Both the position numbers and the translations under genes were made by a program. This document shows, piece by piece, positions 15,773 to 33,806 of a stretch of 64,000 nucleotides of DNA. The stretch is from the human T2T-CHM13v2.0 reference genome, Homo sapiens. The notes beneath the pieces are model-generated. The model ran no database searches. It saw nothing but the letters and a program-made list of their open reading frames with translations, and was not told the DNA's origin. Location: the NCBI RefSeq assembly GCF_009914755.1, contig NC_060928.1. One strand, written 5' to 3'. Each line of letters begins with the position of its first letter. Position 1 is the stretch's first letter.

Positions 15773-17568
15773 ACTCTCTCTCTCTCTCTCTCTAATTTTT
15801 TTTATTATACTTTAAGTTCTAGGGTACATGTGCACAACGTGCAGGTTTGTTACATAGGTATACATGTGCCATGTTGGCTTGCTGCACCCATTACTCGTCA
15901 TTTACGTTAGGTATTTCTCCTAATGCTATCCCTCCCCCTGCACCCCAGCCCATGACAGGCCCCATGGTGTGATGTTCCCCACCCTGTGTCCAAGTGTTCT
16001 CATTGTTCAATTCCCACCTATGAGTGAGAATATGTGATGTTTGGTTTTCTGTCCTTGTGATACTTTGCTCAGAATGATGGTTTCTAGCTGCATGCATGTC
16101 CCTACAAAGGACATGAACTCATCCTTTTTTATACCTGCATAGTATTCCATGGTGTATATGTGCCATATTTTCTTAATCCAGTCTATCATTGATGGACATT
16201 TGGGTTGGTTCCAAGTCTTTGCTATTGTGAATAGTGCCACAATAAACATATATGTACATGTGTCTTTATATTAGCATGCTTTATAATCCTTTGGGTATAT
16301 ACCTGGTAATGGGATGGCTGGGTCAAATGGTATTTCTAGTTCTAGATCCTTGAGGAATTGCCACACTGACTTCCACATTTGTTGAACTAGTTTACAGTCC
16401 CACCAACAGTGTAAAAGTGTTCCTATTTCTCAACATCCTCTCCAAGCCGTTGTTTCCTGATTTTTAATGATCGCCATTCTAACTGGTATGAGATGGTATC
16501 TCATTGTGCTTTTCATTTGTATTTCTCTGAGGGCCAGTGATGATGAGCATTTTTTCATGTATCTGCTGGCTGCATAAATGTCTTCTTTTGAGAAGTGTCT
16601 GTTCATATCCTTCACCCACTTTTTGATGAGGTTGTTTTTTTCTAGTAAATTTGTTTAAGTTCTTTGTGGATTCTGGATATTAGCCCTTTGTCAGATGGGT
16701 TGATTGCAAAAATTTTCTCCCATTCTATAGGTTGCCTGTTCACTCTGACGGTAGTTTCTTTTGCTGTGCAGAGGCTCTTTAGTTTAATTAGATCCCATTT
16801 GTCAATTTTGGCTTTTGTTGCCATTGTTTTTGGTGTTTTAGTCTTGAAGTCTTTGCCCATGCCTACGTCCTGAATGGTATTGCCTAGGTTTTCTTCTAGG
16901 GTTCTTATGGTATTAGGTCTAACATTTAAGTCTTTAATCCATCTTGAATTAATTTTTGTATAAGGTGAAAGGAACAGATCCAGTTTCAGCTTTCTGCATA
17001 TGGCTAGCAAGTTTTCCCACCACCATTTATTAAATAGGAAATCTTTTCCCCATTTCTTGTTTTTGTCAGATTTGTCAAAGATCAGATGGTTGTACATGTG
17101 TGGTGTTATTTCTGAGACCTATGTTCTGTTCCATTGGTCCATCTCTGTGTTTTAGTACAAGTACCATGCTGTTTTGGTTACTGTAGCCTTGTAGTATAGT
17201 CTGAAGTCAGGTAGTGTGATGCCTCCAGCTTTGTTCTTTTTGCTTAGGATTGTCTTGGCAATGCAGGCTCTTTTTTTGGTTCCATATGAACTTTAAAGTA
17301 GTTTTTTCCAATTCTGTGAAGAAAGTCTTTGGTAGCTTGATGGGGATGGCATTCAATCTATAAATTACCTTGGGTAGTATGGCCATTTTCACAATATTGA
17401 TTCTTCCTACCCATAAGCATGGAATGTTCTTCCATTTGTTTGTGTCCCTTTTTACTTCATTGAGCAGTGGTTTGTAGTTCTCCTTGAAGAGGCCCTTCAC
17501 ATCTCTTGTAAGTTGTATTCCTAGGTATTTTATTTTGTTTGTAGCAATTGTGAATGGGAGTTCACTCA

Positions 17569-17808
<240 letters not shown>

Positions 17809-19672
17809 CTATGTTGAATAGGAGTGGTGAGAACGGGCATCCCTATCTTGTGCCAGTTATCAAAGGGAATGCTTCCCATTTTGCACATTCAGTATGATAT
17901 TGGCTGTGGATTTGTCATAAATAGCTCTTATTATTTTGAGATACATTCCATTAATACCTAGTTTATTGACAGTTTTTATCATGAAGAGCTGTTGAATTTT
18001 GTTGAAGACCTTTTCTGTATCTATTGAGATAATCATGTGGTTTTTGTTGTTGGTTCTGTTTATGGGATGGATTACATTTATTGATTTGCGTATGTTGAAC
18101 CAGTCTTGCATCTCAGGGATGAAGCCAACTTGATCATGGTGGATAAGCTTTTTGATGTGCTGCTGGATTTGGTTTGCCAGTATTTTATTGAGGATTTTCA
18201 CATGGATGTTCATCAGGGATATTGGTCTAAAATTTTCTTTTTTTGTGGTGTCTCTGCCAGGCTCCATTATCAGGATGATGTTGGCCTCATAAAATGAGTT
18301 AGAGAGGATTCCCTCTTTTTCTATTGATTGGAATAGTTTCAGGAGGAATGGTACCAGTTCCTCCTTGTACCTCTGGTAGAATTTCACTGTGAATCCGTCT
18401 GGTCCTGGACTTTTTTTGGTTGGTAGGCTATTAATTATTGTCTCAACTTCAGGGCCTGTTATTGGTCTATTCAGGGATTCAGCTTCTTCCTGGTATAGCC
18501 TTGGGAGGGTGTATGTGTCCAGGAATTTATCAATTTCTTCTAGATTTTCTAGTTTATTTGCATAGAGGTGTTTACAGTATTCTCTGATGGTAGTTTGTAT
18601 TTCTGTGGGATCAGTGGTGATATCCCCTTTATCATTTTTTATTGTGTCTATTTCATTCTTCTCTCTTTTCTTCTTTATTAGTCTTGCTAGCAGTCTATCA
18701 ATTTTGTTGATCTTTTCAAAAAACCAGCTCCTGGATTCATTGATTTTTTTCAAGGGTTTTTGTGTCTCCATCTCCTTCAGTTCTGCTCTGATCTTAGTTA
18801 TTTCTAGCCTTCTGCTAGCTTTTGAATGTGTTTGCTCTTGCTTCTCTAGTTCTTTTAATTGTGATGTTATGGTGTGGATTTTCCATCTTTTCTGCTTTCT
18901 CTTGTGGGCATTTAGTGCTATAAATTTCCCTCTACACACTGCTTTAAATGTGTCCCAGAGATTCTGGTACATTGTGTCTTTGTGGTCATTGGTTTCAAAG
19001 AACATATTTATTTCTGCCTTCATTTCGTTATTTACCCAGTAGTCATTCAGGAGCAAGTTGTTCAGTTTCCACGTAGTTGTGCAGTTTTGAGTGAGTTTCT
19101 TACTCCTGAGTTCTAATTTGATTGCACTGTGGTCTGAGAGACTGTTTGTTGGGATTTCTGTTCTTTTACATTTGCTAAGGAGTGCTTTACTTCCAACTAT
19201 GTGGTCAATTTTTGGAATAAGTGCGACGTGGTGCTGAGAGGAATGTATATTTTGTTAATTTGGGGTGGAGAGTTCTGTAGATGTCTATTAGGTCTGCTTG
19301 GTGCAGAACTCAGTTCAATTCCTGGATATCCTTGTTAAGCTTCTGTCTCATTGGTCTGTCTAATATTGACAGTGGGATGTGAAAGTCTCCCATTATTATT
19401 GTGTGGAGTCTAAGTCTCTTTGTAGGTCTCTAAGAACTTGCTTTATGAATCTGGGAGCCCCTGTATTGGGTGCATATATATTTAGAATAGTTAGCTCTTC
19501 TTGTTGAATTGATCCCTTTACCATTATGTAATGGCCTTCTTTGTCTCTTTTGATCTTTGTTGGTTTAAAATCTGTTTTATCAGAGACTAGGATTGCAACC
19601 CCTGTTTTTTTTTTTTTGTTTTTTTTTTTACTTTCCACTTGCTTGGTAGATCTTCCTCCATCCCTTTATTTT

Positions 19673-22977
<3,305 letters not shown>

Positions 22978-25269
22978 CCATCCTTTTATTTTGAGTCTAT
23001 ATGTGCCTCTGCACATGACATGGGTCTCCTGAATACAGCACGGTGATGGGTCTTGACTCTTTATCCAATTTGCCAGTCTGCGTCTTTAATTGGGGCATTT
23101 AGTCCATTTACATTTAAGGTTAATATTGTTATGTGTGAATTTGATCCTCTCATGATGTTAACTGGTTATTTTGTCTGTTAGTTGATGCAGTTTCTTCCTA
23201 GTATCAATGGCCTTTACAATTTGGCATGTTTTTGTAGTGGCTGGTACAAGTTGTTCCTTTCCATGTTTAGTGCTTCCTTCAAGAGCTCTTGTATGGCAGG
23301 TCTGGTGGTGACAAAATCTCTCAGCATTTGCTTGTCTGTATAGGATTTTATTTCTCCTTCATTTGTGAAGCATAGTTTGGCTGGATATGAAATTCTGGGT
23401 TGAAATTTCTTTTCTTTAAGAATGTTGAACATTGGCCCCCACTCTCTTCTGCCTTGTAGCATTTCTGCCAAGAGATCCGCTGTTAGTGTCTTGGGCTTCC
23501 CTTTGTGGTTAACCGTCCTTTCTCTCTGGCTGCCCTTAACATTTCCTTCATTTCAACCTTGGTGAATCTGACAATTATGTGTCTTGGGGTTACTCTTCTT
23601 GAGGAGGTAACATCTTTGTGGTGTTCTCTGTATTTCCTGAATTTGAATGTTGGCATGCCTTCTAGGTTAAGGAAGTTCTGGATAATATCCTGAAGAGTGT
23701 TTTCCAACTTGGTTCCATTCTCCCTGTCACTTTCAGGTACACCAATCGAACATAGATTTGGTCTTTTCACATAGTCCCATATTTTCTGGAGGCTTTGGAT
23801 GTTTCTTTTTACTCTTTTTTCTCTAAACTTCTCCTCTCCCTTTATTTCATTAATTTGATCTTCAATCACTGATACCCTTTCTTCCCATTGATTGAACTGG
23901 CTATTGAAGCTTGTGCGTGCATCACGTAGTTCTCATGCCATGGTTTTCAGCTCCATCACGTCATTTAAGGTCTTCTGTACACTGTTTATTCTAGTTAACC
24001 ATTCGTCTAATCTTTTTTCAAGGTTTTTATCTCCCTTGCGATGGGTTCGAACAGCCTCCTTTACCTCAGAGAAGTTTGTTATTACCAACCTTCTGAAGCC
24101 TACTTCTGTCATCTCATCAAAGTCATTCTCCATCCAGCTTTGTTCCATTGCTTGCAAGGAGCTGCGATCCTTTGGAGTAGATGAGGCTCTCTGGTTTTTA
24201 AAATTTTCAGCTTTTCTGCTCTGGTTTCTCCCAATCTTTGTGGTTTTATCTAACTTTGGTCTTTGATGTTGGTGACCTACAGATGGGGTTTTGGTGTGGA
24301 TGTCCTTTTTGTTGATGTTGATGCTATTCCTTTCTGTTTGTTAGTCTTCCTTCTAGGAATCAGGTCCCTCAGCTGCAGGTCTGTTGGAGTTTGCTGGAGG
24401 TCCACTCTGGATGCTGTTTGCTTGGGTATCACCAGCGGAGGCTGCAGGACAGCAAATATTGCTACCTGATCCTTCCTCTGGAAGCTTCATCCCAGAGGGG
24501 CACCCACCTGTATGAGGTGTCAGTTGGCCCCTACTGGGAGGTGTCTCCCAGTTAGGCTACATGGGAGTCAGGGACCCACTTGAGGAGGCAGTGTGTCTGT
24601 TCTCAGAGCTCAAACACTGTGCTGGGAGAACCACTGCTCTCTTCAGAGCTGTCAGACAGGGACGTTTAAGTCTGAAGAAGTTTCTGCTCCCTTTTGTTCA
24701 GCTATGCCCTGCCACTAGAGGTGGGGTCTACAGAGGCAGCAGGCCTTGCAGATCTGTGGTGGGCTCCATCCAGTTCGAGCTTCCCCAACCACTTTGTTTA
24801 CCTACTCAAGCCTCAGCAATGGCAGACACCACTCCCCCTGCCAGGTTGCTACCTCACCGGTCGATCTCAGACTGCTGCACTAGCAGTGAGCAAGGCTCCA
24901 TGGGCATGGGACCCACTGAGCCAGGCATGCACGGGATATAATCTCCTGGTGTGCTGTTTGCTAAGACCATTGGAAAAGCACAGTATTGGGGTGGAAGTGT
25001 CCCGATTTTCCAGGTACAGTCTGTCGCGGCTTCCCTTGGCTAGGAAAGGAAATCCCCAAACCCCTTGCACTTCCCAGGTGAGGTAATGCCCCGTCCTGCT
25101 TTGGCTCACTCTCCATGGGCTGCACCCACTGTCTAACCAGTACCAATGAGATGAACCAGGTGCCTCAGTTGGAAATGCAGAAATCACCATCTTCTGTGTT
25201 GATCACACTGGGAGCTACAGACCGGAGCTGTTCCTATTCGGCCATCTTGGAACAAAATCCTCTCTTTAA

Positions 25270-25935
<666 letters not shown>

Positions 25936-27259
25936 TAACAACAGATCTGACTGCTGCACCCTTCAAAGTCTCCTATCTCCATCCCCAGATTGGAAATGCT
26001 CACTGGCTCTCAATTCAAAAATCCTGAGGAAGGACATTTTTGGGTTCAGCTTGTCTCTGTTGCTTGTCCTGGCAAAATCAAGAGTGGCCAAGAAGTAGAT
26101 CTGCAAGAAAATGGCACCACCCATTCAACCTCAGGGAGTTAAATGAAGGGAGGAGGTGATACATGTACACATTACAATCGATGTCACAAAGACTACTGTA
26201 GAGATTTTGGAGTACCCTGGTGATCAATATTAAGTAAAAATGGCAGGATATTAAATATATCTATAGTATGATAACCATGTTTTTTTAAAAAAAATAGACT
26301 CAAATATACTATATTAGGGCAGAAACTTCTCTACCTTACTCACTTCTTTATCCAAGCATAGTCCCTAGCACATAACCAATTCTCAAGAAATACTTGTTAA
26401 ATGAATAAATGCAATAAAAGTGAAAGGGGAAAAAAATGACAGAACCTATATATACCAAACACTAAAAGTTGTGATCTCTCCACATGAGATTACAAAAAAA
26501 ATTAATTTTTCCTTGATATACTTCACTGAATGTTTAAATATCTTATATTTAACCTGCATTACTTTTAAAATCAGAAAATTAGAATGTTGTCAAGTTCCCT
26601 TCACAGCAATAAGGGGCTTTGTGCCCCGAGAGGCTCTGGAAATGTCAGGTGCAGGATCTGCTTCATCCAGCCCAAATCAGGCCACCTGTGTAGTGTGGGT
26701 TGTCCTGGGAAGAAAGAGCCTGTTCTAAGCTGTTTCCTCCTTGACAGTAAGATAGCAGAGGCAGGACTCTGGCTCCCAGGTCCACAGTGATGGGATACCT
26801 CTCTAATTCAGTGTCCCGGGGTTATTTTCAGCCCCTGCAGTGGCAGCTGCCCGGGAAGTAAAGAACAGAAAAACATCAAGGCAGAGCAGTTTGCCTCACC
26901 TGTGTGGAAATAAGTCAGCTTGCTCTTCCCCAAAGAATTTCAGAGCTTGACAAATGAAATCACTTCATCTTACAGAGCCAAAAAAGGAAGTGACTTTTGG
27001 AAAGTGACTTAAGCCCTTGAGCCTGTTTCCTCATCAGCCTGGAACCTGAATATGACTGGTTTTCCTGTACCCAGCTTAAGGCTCATCTTAGCATTTTAAA
27101 GAGACACAAATCCAAATTCAAAAATAAGTCAGATCTTGTGTGATGGACAGGCAAAAGGAAAGAGATATTCCACAGGCAAAGCACACAGAAAACCTTCCTA
27201 ATAGAGGCTTTTGCATCTGTACCCTAAAGCCCAGGCCTGACTGCATTTGTTGCAGTGCA

Positions 27260-28230
27260 CCTTGTTATTTTTGTTTCCTTAATTTGCTTGGTTTTCTTTC
27301 TCTCTCTCTTCCCTTGTTATCCACATTAACTGCCTAGGAAATTTATCTTTATATGTTTCTCTTCATGCTGATATAATTATACATAAGCATCTATATACAC
27401 ACAAACATATGTGATGGAAATTGCATTTTTGTCTTATAAAAATGAGATTATATAAACTTTTCTGTATCATGCTTTTCTCATAACAACTCATGGAAGCCCC
27501 TTCCAATCATCTGATATAGGTCCAATTCTTTTTTGTTTAATCAAGGCATAATATTATAAAGGATGAATATTTCATAATTTAGTCAGCATTCCCTATTGAT
27601 AAATGTCCTTGAACATTCTTATACCTGGTGCTTTTCTTTCAAAAAGTTTCTCAGAATTGAGATTTTCTGGGTTGAGGGGTATGTGTATTTTTTATTTTAA
27701 TAGCTTTTCTTAGTTTATTTTCCAAAAGTTTATAACAATTTCGACTTCCATAAGCAGAGTATGATAATATTATTTCCCCTGCATGCCCACCAGCAGGAAA
27801 TAGCACTCTTAAAGTTCTGGTATTTTGTCAGGTATAATGTTATCTCATTGTTACTTTAATTTGTATTTCCCTGGTCTGTAGTGAATTTGAACATCTTCAT
27901 TTTTTCAGTAGTTGCCTCTGAATACCCTTTACCCATTTTTCCATTGAGTGTTTACAGTCTTAGCAATCTGTAAGAACTCTTTTTACTTAACCCTCTGCTC
28001 ATCCCTACATTATAAATATTTTTCCAAATCTAACTTTTATTGATCGATATTGTTTATAGTATCTTTTTCCATGCAAAAACTTTTTCCCCAACTTTATAGA
28101 GCTTATGTTTTATAGCTTCTGAATGTTGTCTTGTTTTAAATCTCCTCACTCCCTGCAGGTGTTTTTTTTTTAATTGCTTTATTGTCTATACTTAATTCTT
28201 TAATATATCTGGTATTCATTTTAATATCCA
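27260..28230 (-). mobile_element. Ancient L1M 3' region fragment
   Basis: Degenerate L1 antisense motifs (TATCTCATTGTTACTTTAATTTGTATTTCCC; ACCCATTTTTCCATTG). Confidence 0.6.
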
Positions 28231-28679
28231 AAACTTGGAAATACAGCAAAAGAATGACTGCCTATGCTTTCACTGTCATACTAGCATGCTAACAGGTCCA
28301 TTAGAGTATTATTTAAATCTCTTGGCCCTAGAGACCAGAAGATGTAGCACTTTTGACTTGCTGTTTACTATTGATTAGGACCCAGACTCTGTGCCTTTTC
28401 ATGTAAATTTGTAGGTTTTTCTCCAATAGAGTGCAAATTATTTCTGTCAAATGGAGAAATAATTCAACTTACAGTTTTATTTCCCTGAGGAACATTAACC
28501 AGTTTCGTCTCTTAGTATGCTTGTTCCAGCCTGCCTGTCCTAGACTAACTATATAAATCTCTGTTCTCCAAATACTTTTTGAACCAGCTTTACCATCTGC
28601 TGGTTCCCTCATTAATGAACTAAATAAATCTTTGACCTGCTTCAAACCTATATTTATATGAGTTATGTTTTTAACTTCT

Positions 28680-29800
28680 TAAAAACTATACTTTGACACT
28701 GGAATGTATTTGTATATAGAACATAGGAGAGGTTTAATTTTATTTTTCTGCACATAATGGTCAGTTACACCAGATTCATTTATTAAATAATCTATCCTTT
28801 TCTCATCTACATAGCAATGCTTAAATTTTCCATGCCTAGAATAAAAACCTCGTATATAGAGAGCTTGCAATAAATATATTTTGGGTGAATTCTGCACATT
28901 CTCCTGTGTACTCGGTTCTACTCTGATTCTTTCTTCAATTTTTCTGAGCTATTGGTCTATTATTTTAGCAATAACATCTATTTTCCTACTGTGGCTTTAT
29001 AGTATGTTCTGATATTTGAGAAGCAGTCACTTTTGGTTAGTTTTTTTTTCAAAAAATTTTCTGTTCATGACTATTTGTCTTTCCATATAAACTTTGTTTT
29101 TAGAAATAGGGTCTAGCTGTGTCCCCAAGCCTGGAGTTCAGGGGCACAATCATGGCTCACTGCAGCCTCAAACTCCTGGGCTCATGCAATCCTCCAGCCT
29201 CAGCCTCCTGAGTAGCTAGGACTAAAGGTACACACCACCATGTCCAGCTATTTTTTTTATTTTTTGCAGAGATGGAGGTCTTACTATGTTTCTGAGGCTG
29301 GTATCGAGGTCCTGGCCTCAAACGATCCTTCTGCCTGAGTCTCCTAAAGTGTTGGGATTACAGGCATGAGCCACTGCACCTAGCCCATATAAAATTTAAG
29401 ATTATTTTTTCAATTATATAAAGAAAAAACGCATTTAGAATTTTACTGAGAATTGTACATTTATCTATTAATTTTGATGAAATTGATGTTTTGTGATTTT
29501 AAGCCTCCCTATCCCAGAACATGGTGTGTCTTTCCATTTGTTCAGCTCTTGCTTTATGTCTTTCAATAACAGTTTTATGATTTTCTTCATATAAGTCCTA
29601 TATCTTATTATCTTTATTGCTAAGTATTTTATGGATATTGTTGCTATATCAAACATGGAACTTTTCTTCCATTTCCACTTTTAGATGCTTTTTGCCAGAA
29701 CAGAGAAAAACTGTTGATTTTCATATCTTTATCTTGTATACAAATGCCTTACTAAATTCTATTATTTTTAATAGTTCATTTGATTTCACATTGATCTGGT
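28680..29800 (-). mobile_element. Ancient L1M ORF2 fragment, split by an Alu
   Basis: ORF 29468-29656 (-) IKYLAIK...LLKDIKQELNKWKDTPCSGIGRL is ORF2p-like. Confidence 0.7.
29096..29385 (-). mobile_element. AluJ
   Basis: Dimeric Alu with J-type positions. TSD CATATAAACTTT (29084-29095) / CATATAAAATTT (29386-29397). Confidence 0.88.
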
Positions 29801-31399
29801 TGTTCTCTGACCTTGAAGTGCTTTAATAGTAAAAAAAAAAACAAACAACAAATAATCCACAGGATTTCTTTTCTATCTATAAGTATTTACTTCACCTAGC
29901 AACGTATCCTTTGCCACAATCCTTTTTTTTTCCTTAATGCCCTAAAACTTGCTGCAAATGTGCTTGTTTTTGTCTAAGTTCTGCTCAAGAGAGAAGGAAG
30001 GATGCTGCAGGAATGCCATCCACAGGAGGCTGTCTCAATGTAAAAGTCTCTGGATGTCCACCAGATCTGGAAATCATCGAATACAGTGTGGCATGAGGCA
30101 GTGGAAATATCAAATACAAATCGCATCACAGGGGAAAGTGCTACACATCAAAACTAACGGATGATATAGAGTAGAAAAAGATTAGTAACAAACTTAGAAG
30201 ACAGAAGGTCTAGGAGGAGGTTAGGATGGGAACAAGAAATAAGTCAAGAGAAGTTTCTTCAGTCCCATGATCCTTGCAAGAGTGCCCAAGGCGTTTTATC
30301 CATCCCTGGTTATGGTGTTGGAAACCTGTGCAAAACCAAAGGTACAAGCGCTCTCTGAAGCACAGTGCACATTTTTGAAAAGGAAAGTGGCTTTGTGTAG
30401 ACACTTTCAGAAGAGCATACCCAAATTAGTAAATGCCTTTTTTTTTTAGCACTCTTTGCTTAATCTAGACACCTTCTTTATAATGTTCCTGGATGCTAAG
30501 TCTATATTTTTTGGTAGTTCTTTTCCCCTCTGGCTTTTAAAGCAAAGTGAAAAGAAAAATGTTGTTATCGTCTTTTTTATGTAATAATATACCAGCGCTT
30601 GGCTTTATGAAATTTAATCATAGCATTTTATAGTCTATAAAATAGATCACCTTCTGAATTTAAAATAAATTGTATTTTACATGGAAGAAAGATTCACCAA
30701 GAGCACGTACATTTTTCAAATCCATTTGTTCTTCATGTTAGCAATGTTAAAAGAGGCATTTCCAGCTAGCCCATACCTGTTCTAATGTCATGAGTGACAG
30801 GCTTTTACCTTAGAGAAAATATCTTTATTTGTCATCGTCTAAGTCAATATTGTTGCAAGGGACATTTGATCAGGCTAAGGAAACACTGGACTGCTTCAGC
30901 TTCAAAAAATGGAAGACAAATGAAATACTCTGATATCATTTTTCACGGGGCCAAGAAAAGAAATTCTGCAGACAGAACAGCTGTATTCTCTTTATGCTCT
31001 GACAAAGAACACACAAAAGGAACAACAGTCATTGCTTTCACTAGATATTTAGGCTTAAGCCCATGGTGGTCTGACTTTACTTCCCGTCCCCCACCATCTC
31101 AGGACTTTTCTCTAAAGACAGCCATGCTTGTCTCTTTTTGTTGTCGTACGTGTACACATAGACATTGCAGCCAAAGGCCAGGGTCTCTGTGGAATTGCTC
31201 TACACTTCCCTTATTGTTCTCCTGCCCCTCACTTATCAACCCAGCTATTGGGAGAGAGTGTTTTCTGTTCATCCCACCCTTGGACTACTCCACGGGTGAG
31301 TGAGTTTCAAACTTTTATGAGAAGGGCCCAGCCTACACCTGTGTGCACCCTGACATCCACACACTGTTGGGCATGGTTCTCTGCACACAGGAGCTGCTC

Positions 31400-31875
31400 A
31401 GTTAATTTTTGCTTTTCTCCCCATTACCTACCACCAACTCAAAGTTTGATTTGTTTATAACCTGTGCTGAGCCACTTAAAATGCCCCAGGAAGAAAATGC
31501 TGTTCACAGCCACTGACCTCCCCAAATTTTTATTCCAGCAAGTCACATTACCCCTAGGATATGAAACCCAGGGCGGGCTGTTTTTCAGGGTCCCTCAGCT
31601 TCAGTGCAACTGGGGCACACACAGTCAAGATTCCATCTGTCTTGGGCAGCTTTCCTGAGCCTTGGGCGGACCAGCTCATCACGAATCTTAGGCATCTGTT
31701 GTCCCTTGCTGCCTATCTATAAGGAATAAACCTGCTTTGTGTAACTTGTGTATGAGTGCTCTGTCTCACCAGACTACTGCAAGTGATAGAAATTGGGACA
31801 GCCCAAGGTGTAGTGTGGTGAGATATTTAGAGTCCTCCCCTAGGATTGATACCAGTGCACCGTGAACCTGCTTCA
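31400..31875 (+). mobile_element. ERVL-type LTR (MER54/MER74-like)
   Basis: GTCCCTTGCTGCCTATCT..AATAAA..TCTGTCTCACCAGAC..CCAGTGCACCGTGAACCTGCTTCA. The 5' boundary is uncertain. Confidence 0.55.
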
Positions 31876-33806
31876 GAGGGGTTCAAGCATTGGGTGTGAG
31901 TTTAGACAGCGTTCGAAAGTGTTCCTTCAACCCTTAGATTCTGTAATTCTTGGGTAGAAAACAATACTACTACTAAAACAAAATTTTTGACATCTTTATT
32001 TTTCCCTGCATTTCTTCCTATCTGAGCAACATCTTTTGTACCCCCTGAAAAATGACCCAACTTCTCAAATGTCTGTGTCCTTGTTGAGTACATTAAACTC
32101 CCCCTTAATGCCCACCATTTGGAAAAACATGCATTATATTTAAACCCTGAGTACATTACTTGGCAGAAATACATACTGTAGTATTTTAAATATGAGGCCT
32201 GTTTATGGCATTGCTTCTCTGAGGACAAGTTATGAGATCAGTGACAATTACTATTCCTCATCTCGCCTCAGGGTCTCTGACAAAGGAGCACAGAGCAGGA
32301 AGCAATTACAAGAATCAGGAAGAATGTCAGCAAAGAGGCATACTGAGGCACCCTACAGAATCACCAAGGAGAAGGATTAAGGAAAATCATCCAAAGTAAT
32401 TATCCCAAAGACCAGTGGGGACAGGGCAAATCTCCTACAAGCTCTTAAGATGCATTCTAATGTCACTGAAACCAGGAGGACTAAAGAAATGTTTGCCTGA
32501 ATGATTTGATAGAATAAAGAACATAATTCAGAAAATCTGCAATTAAGTGTGCACCTGCAAGTATGCCCTACCTGTGGTGCTCTTATCTTCCTCTCTAATT
32601 TGCAGTCTCTCTTTCTCTCCCTCTGTGTGTGTGTATTTGAATATATGTCCAAATGTATGTTTATCTGTGCATATACACTTTAAAATTTTTTTAATTATGA
32701 AATGTATGTGAATAAACTGCCTAATAAATAAACCTTATTTCAGAGTATGGTTCTCATTCAACTAGATATATAATAAATAGATTTTATTGATTATCCAATC
32801 CTAAGGCAAATTTTAAAGTAAGCCAACTACATAGCAGTCATATCATTTGATTTTTATTGGTTTTTCCAAACCACTGAGGTATGAGAATCAGATAATTTTC
32901 CAGCAACAAAAACTATAACTTAGAGTTTGAGGTAGTTATTTAATCTGAAAGTTGGTGTTATTTCTGCATCCATTAGGATTCTGATGAGACTTTCAACTTG
33001 AAGGCATTTGACAAATGTATGGAAATTCTTCGTCTTAAGAGTTTGCCTTTAAAGGAGAGATTAGGAAGAAAAAGCGTTAAAAGTGGAGTGACGCTTCATA
33101 TGGCTTTAGCTGCTAAACATATTCCCATTTTTAAATCTAGGGCTCATTTTCAAGTCTGTGTTCTGAAACTAATTCCATCATGGAGGTTCCTTTGAGCACA
33201 ACACAATGTTTGAGATCAAAAGAGTCCTAAAAAGACATCATCAAAAAAATATGTAAGAATATGGCATTTTAAAATAAAATCAAAATTGTTTTACCTAAGA
33301 GACTCAGGAGGGACCACTCATGTTTAGGAAGTGCACTTTTGTTGCTTGCTTCTATCTTTTAATTCCACAATTATGCAGTATTTTAGAGACTTTTAGAAAA
33401 TTGGTCCTTGCTCTCATAGCTAAGACTGCTAATAATCAAGGCCTGAAGGCTCAGTAACCCCTATGCAACCTCTTAACAAATCTTTGACATATTCCTGTTT
33501 TCCATATGTGGTGGGTCTCGGAATTAATTTATATTCCTAGATTCTAAAATAATTTTTAGGTTCACATGAAAACTCTTAATTAAAGCAACCACTTACAGAC
33601 CGTGGCACTGAATGAGTCCACAGAACAAAATGTGTTTAGGAATTTTTAGATAAACTCATCTGTCGTACTCATTGATGAATAAGGAGTAAAACATTCCAAA
33701 TGGTTGGACCTTAGTCTGGGAACACCTTTGTACCCTAGCTATCAGCTTAGTTCCTGATTCTTGAGCTCTATGTCACTTTCTTTACATATTCTGCTGTCAC
33801 CACTGG

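Noticed and set aside
17860-19056. 398-aa ORF (also 387 aa at 58259, 323 aa at 21148 and 308 aa at 22068) as functional RT
   Set aside because: These are partial ORF2 fragments lacking a complete EN plus RT, in elements with many stops and frameshifts.
30794-31460. 169-aa and 110-aa ORFs in unique sequence
   Set aside because: Non-ATG starts, no recognisable domain, and no clear splice context.
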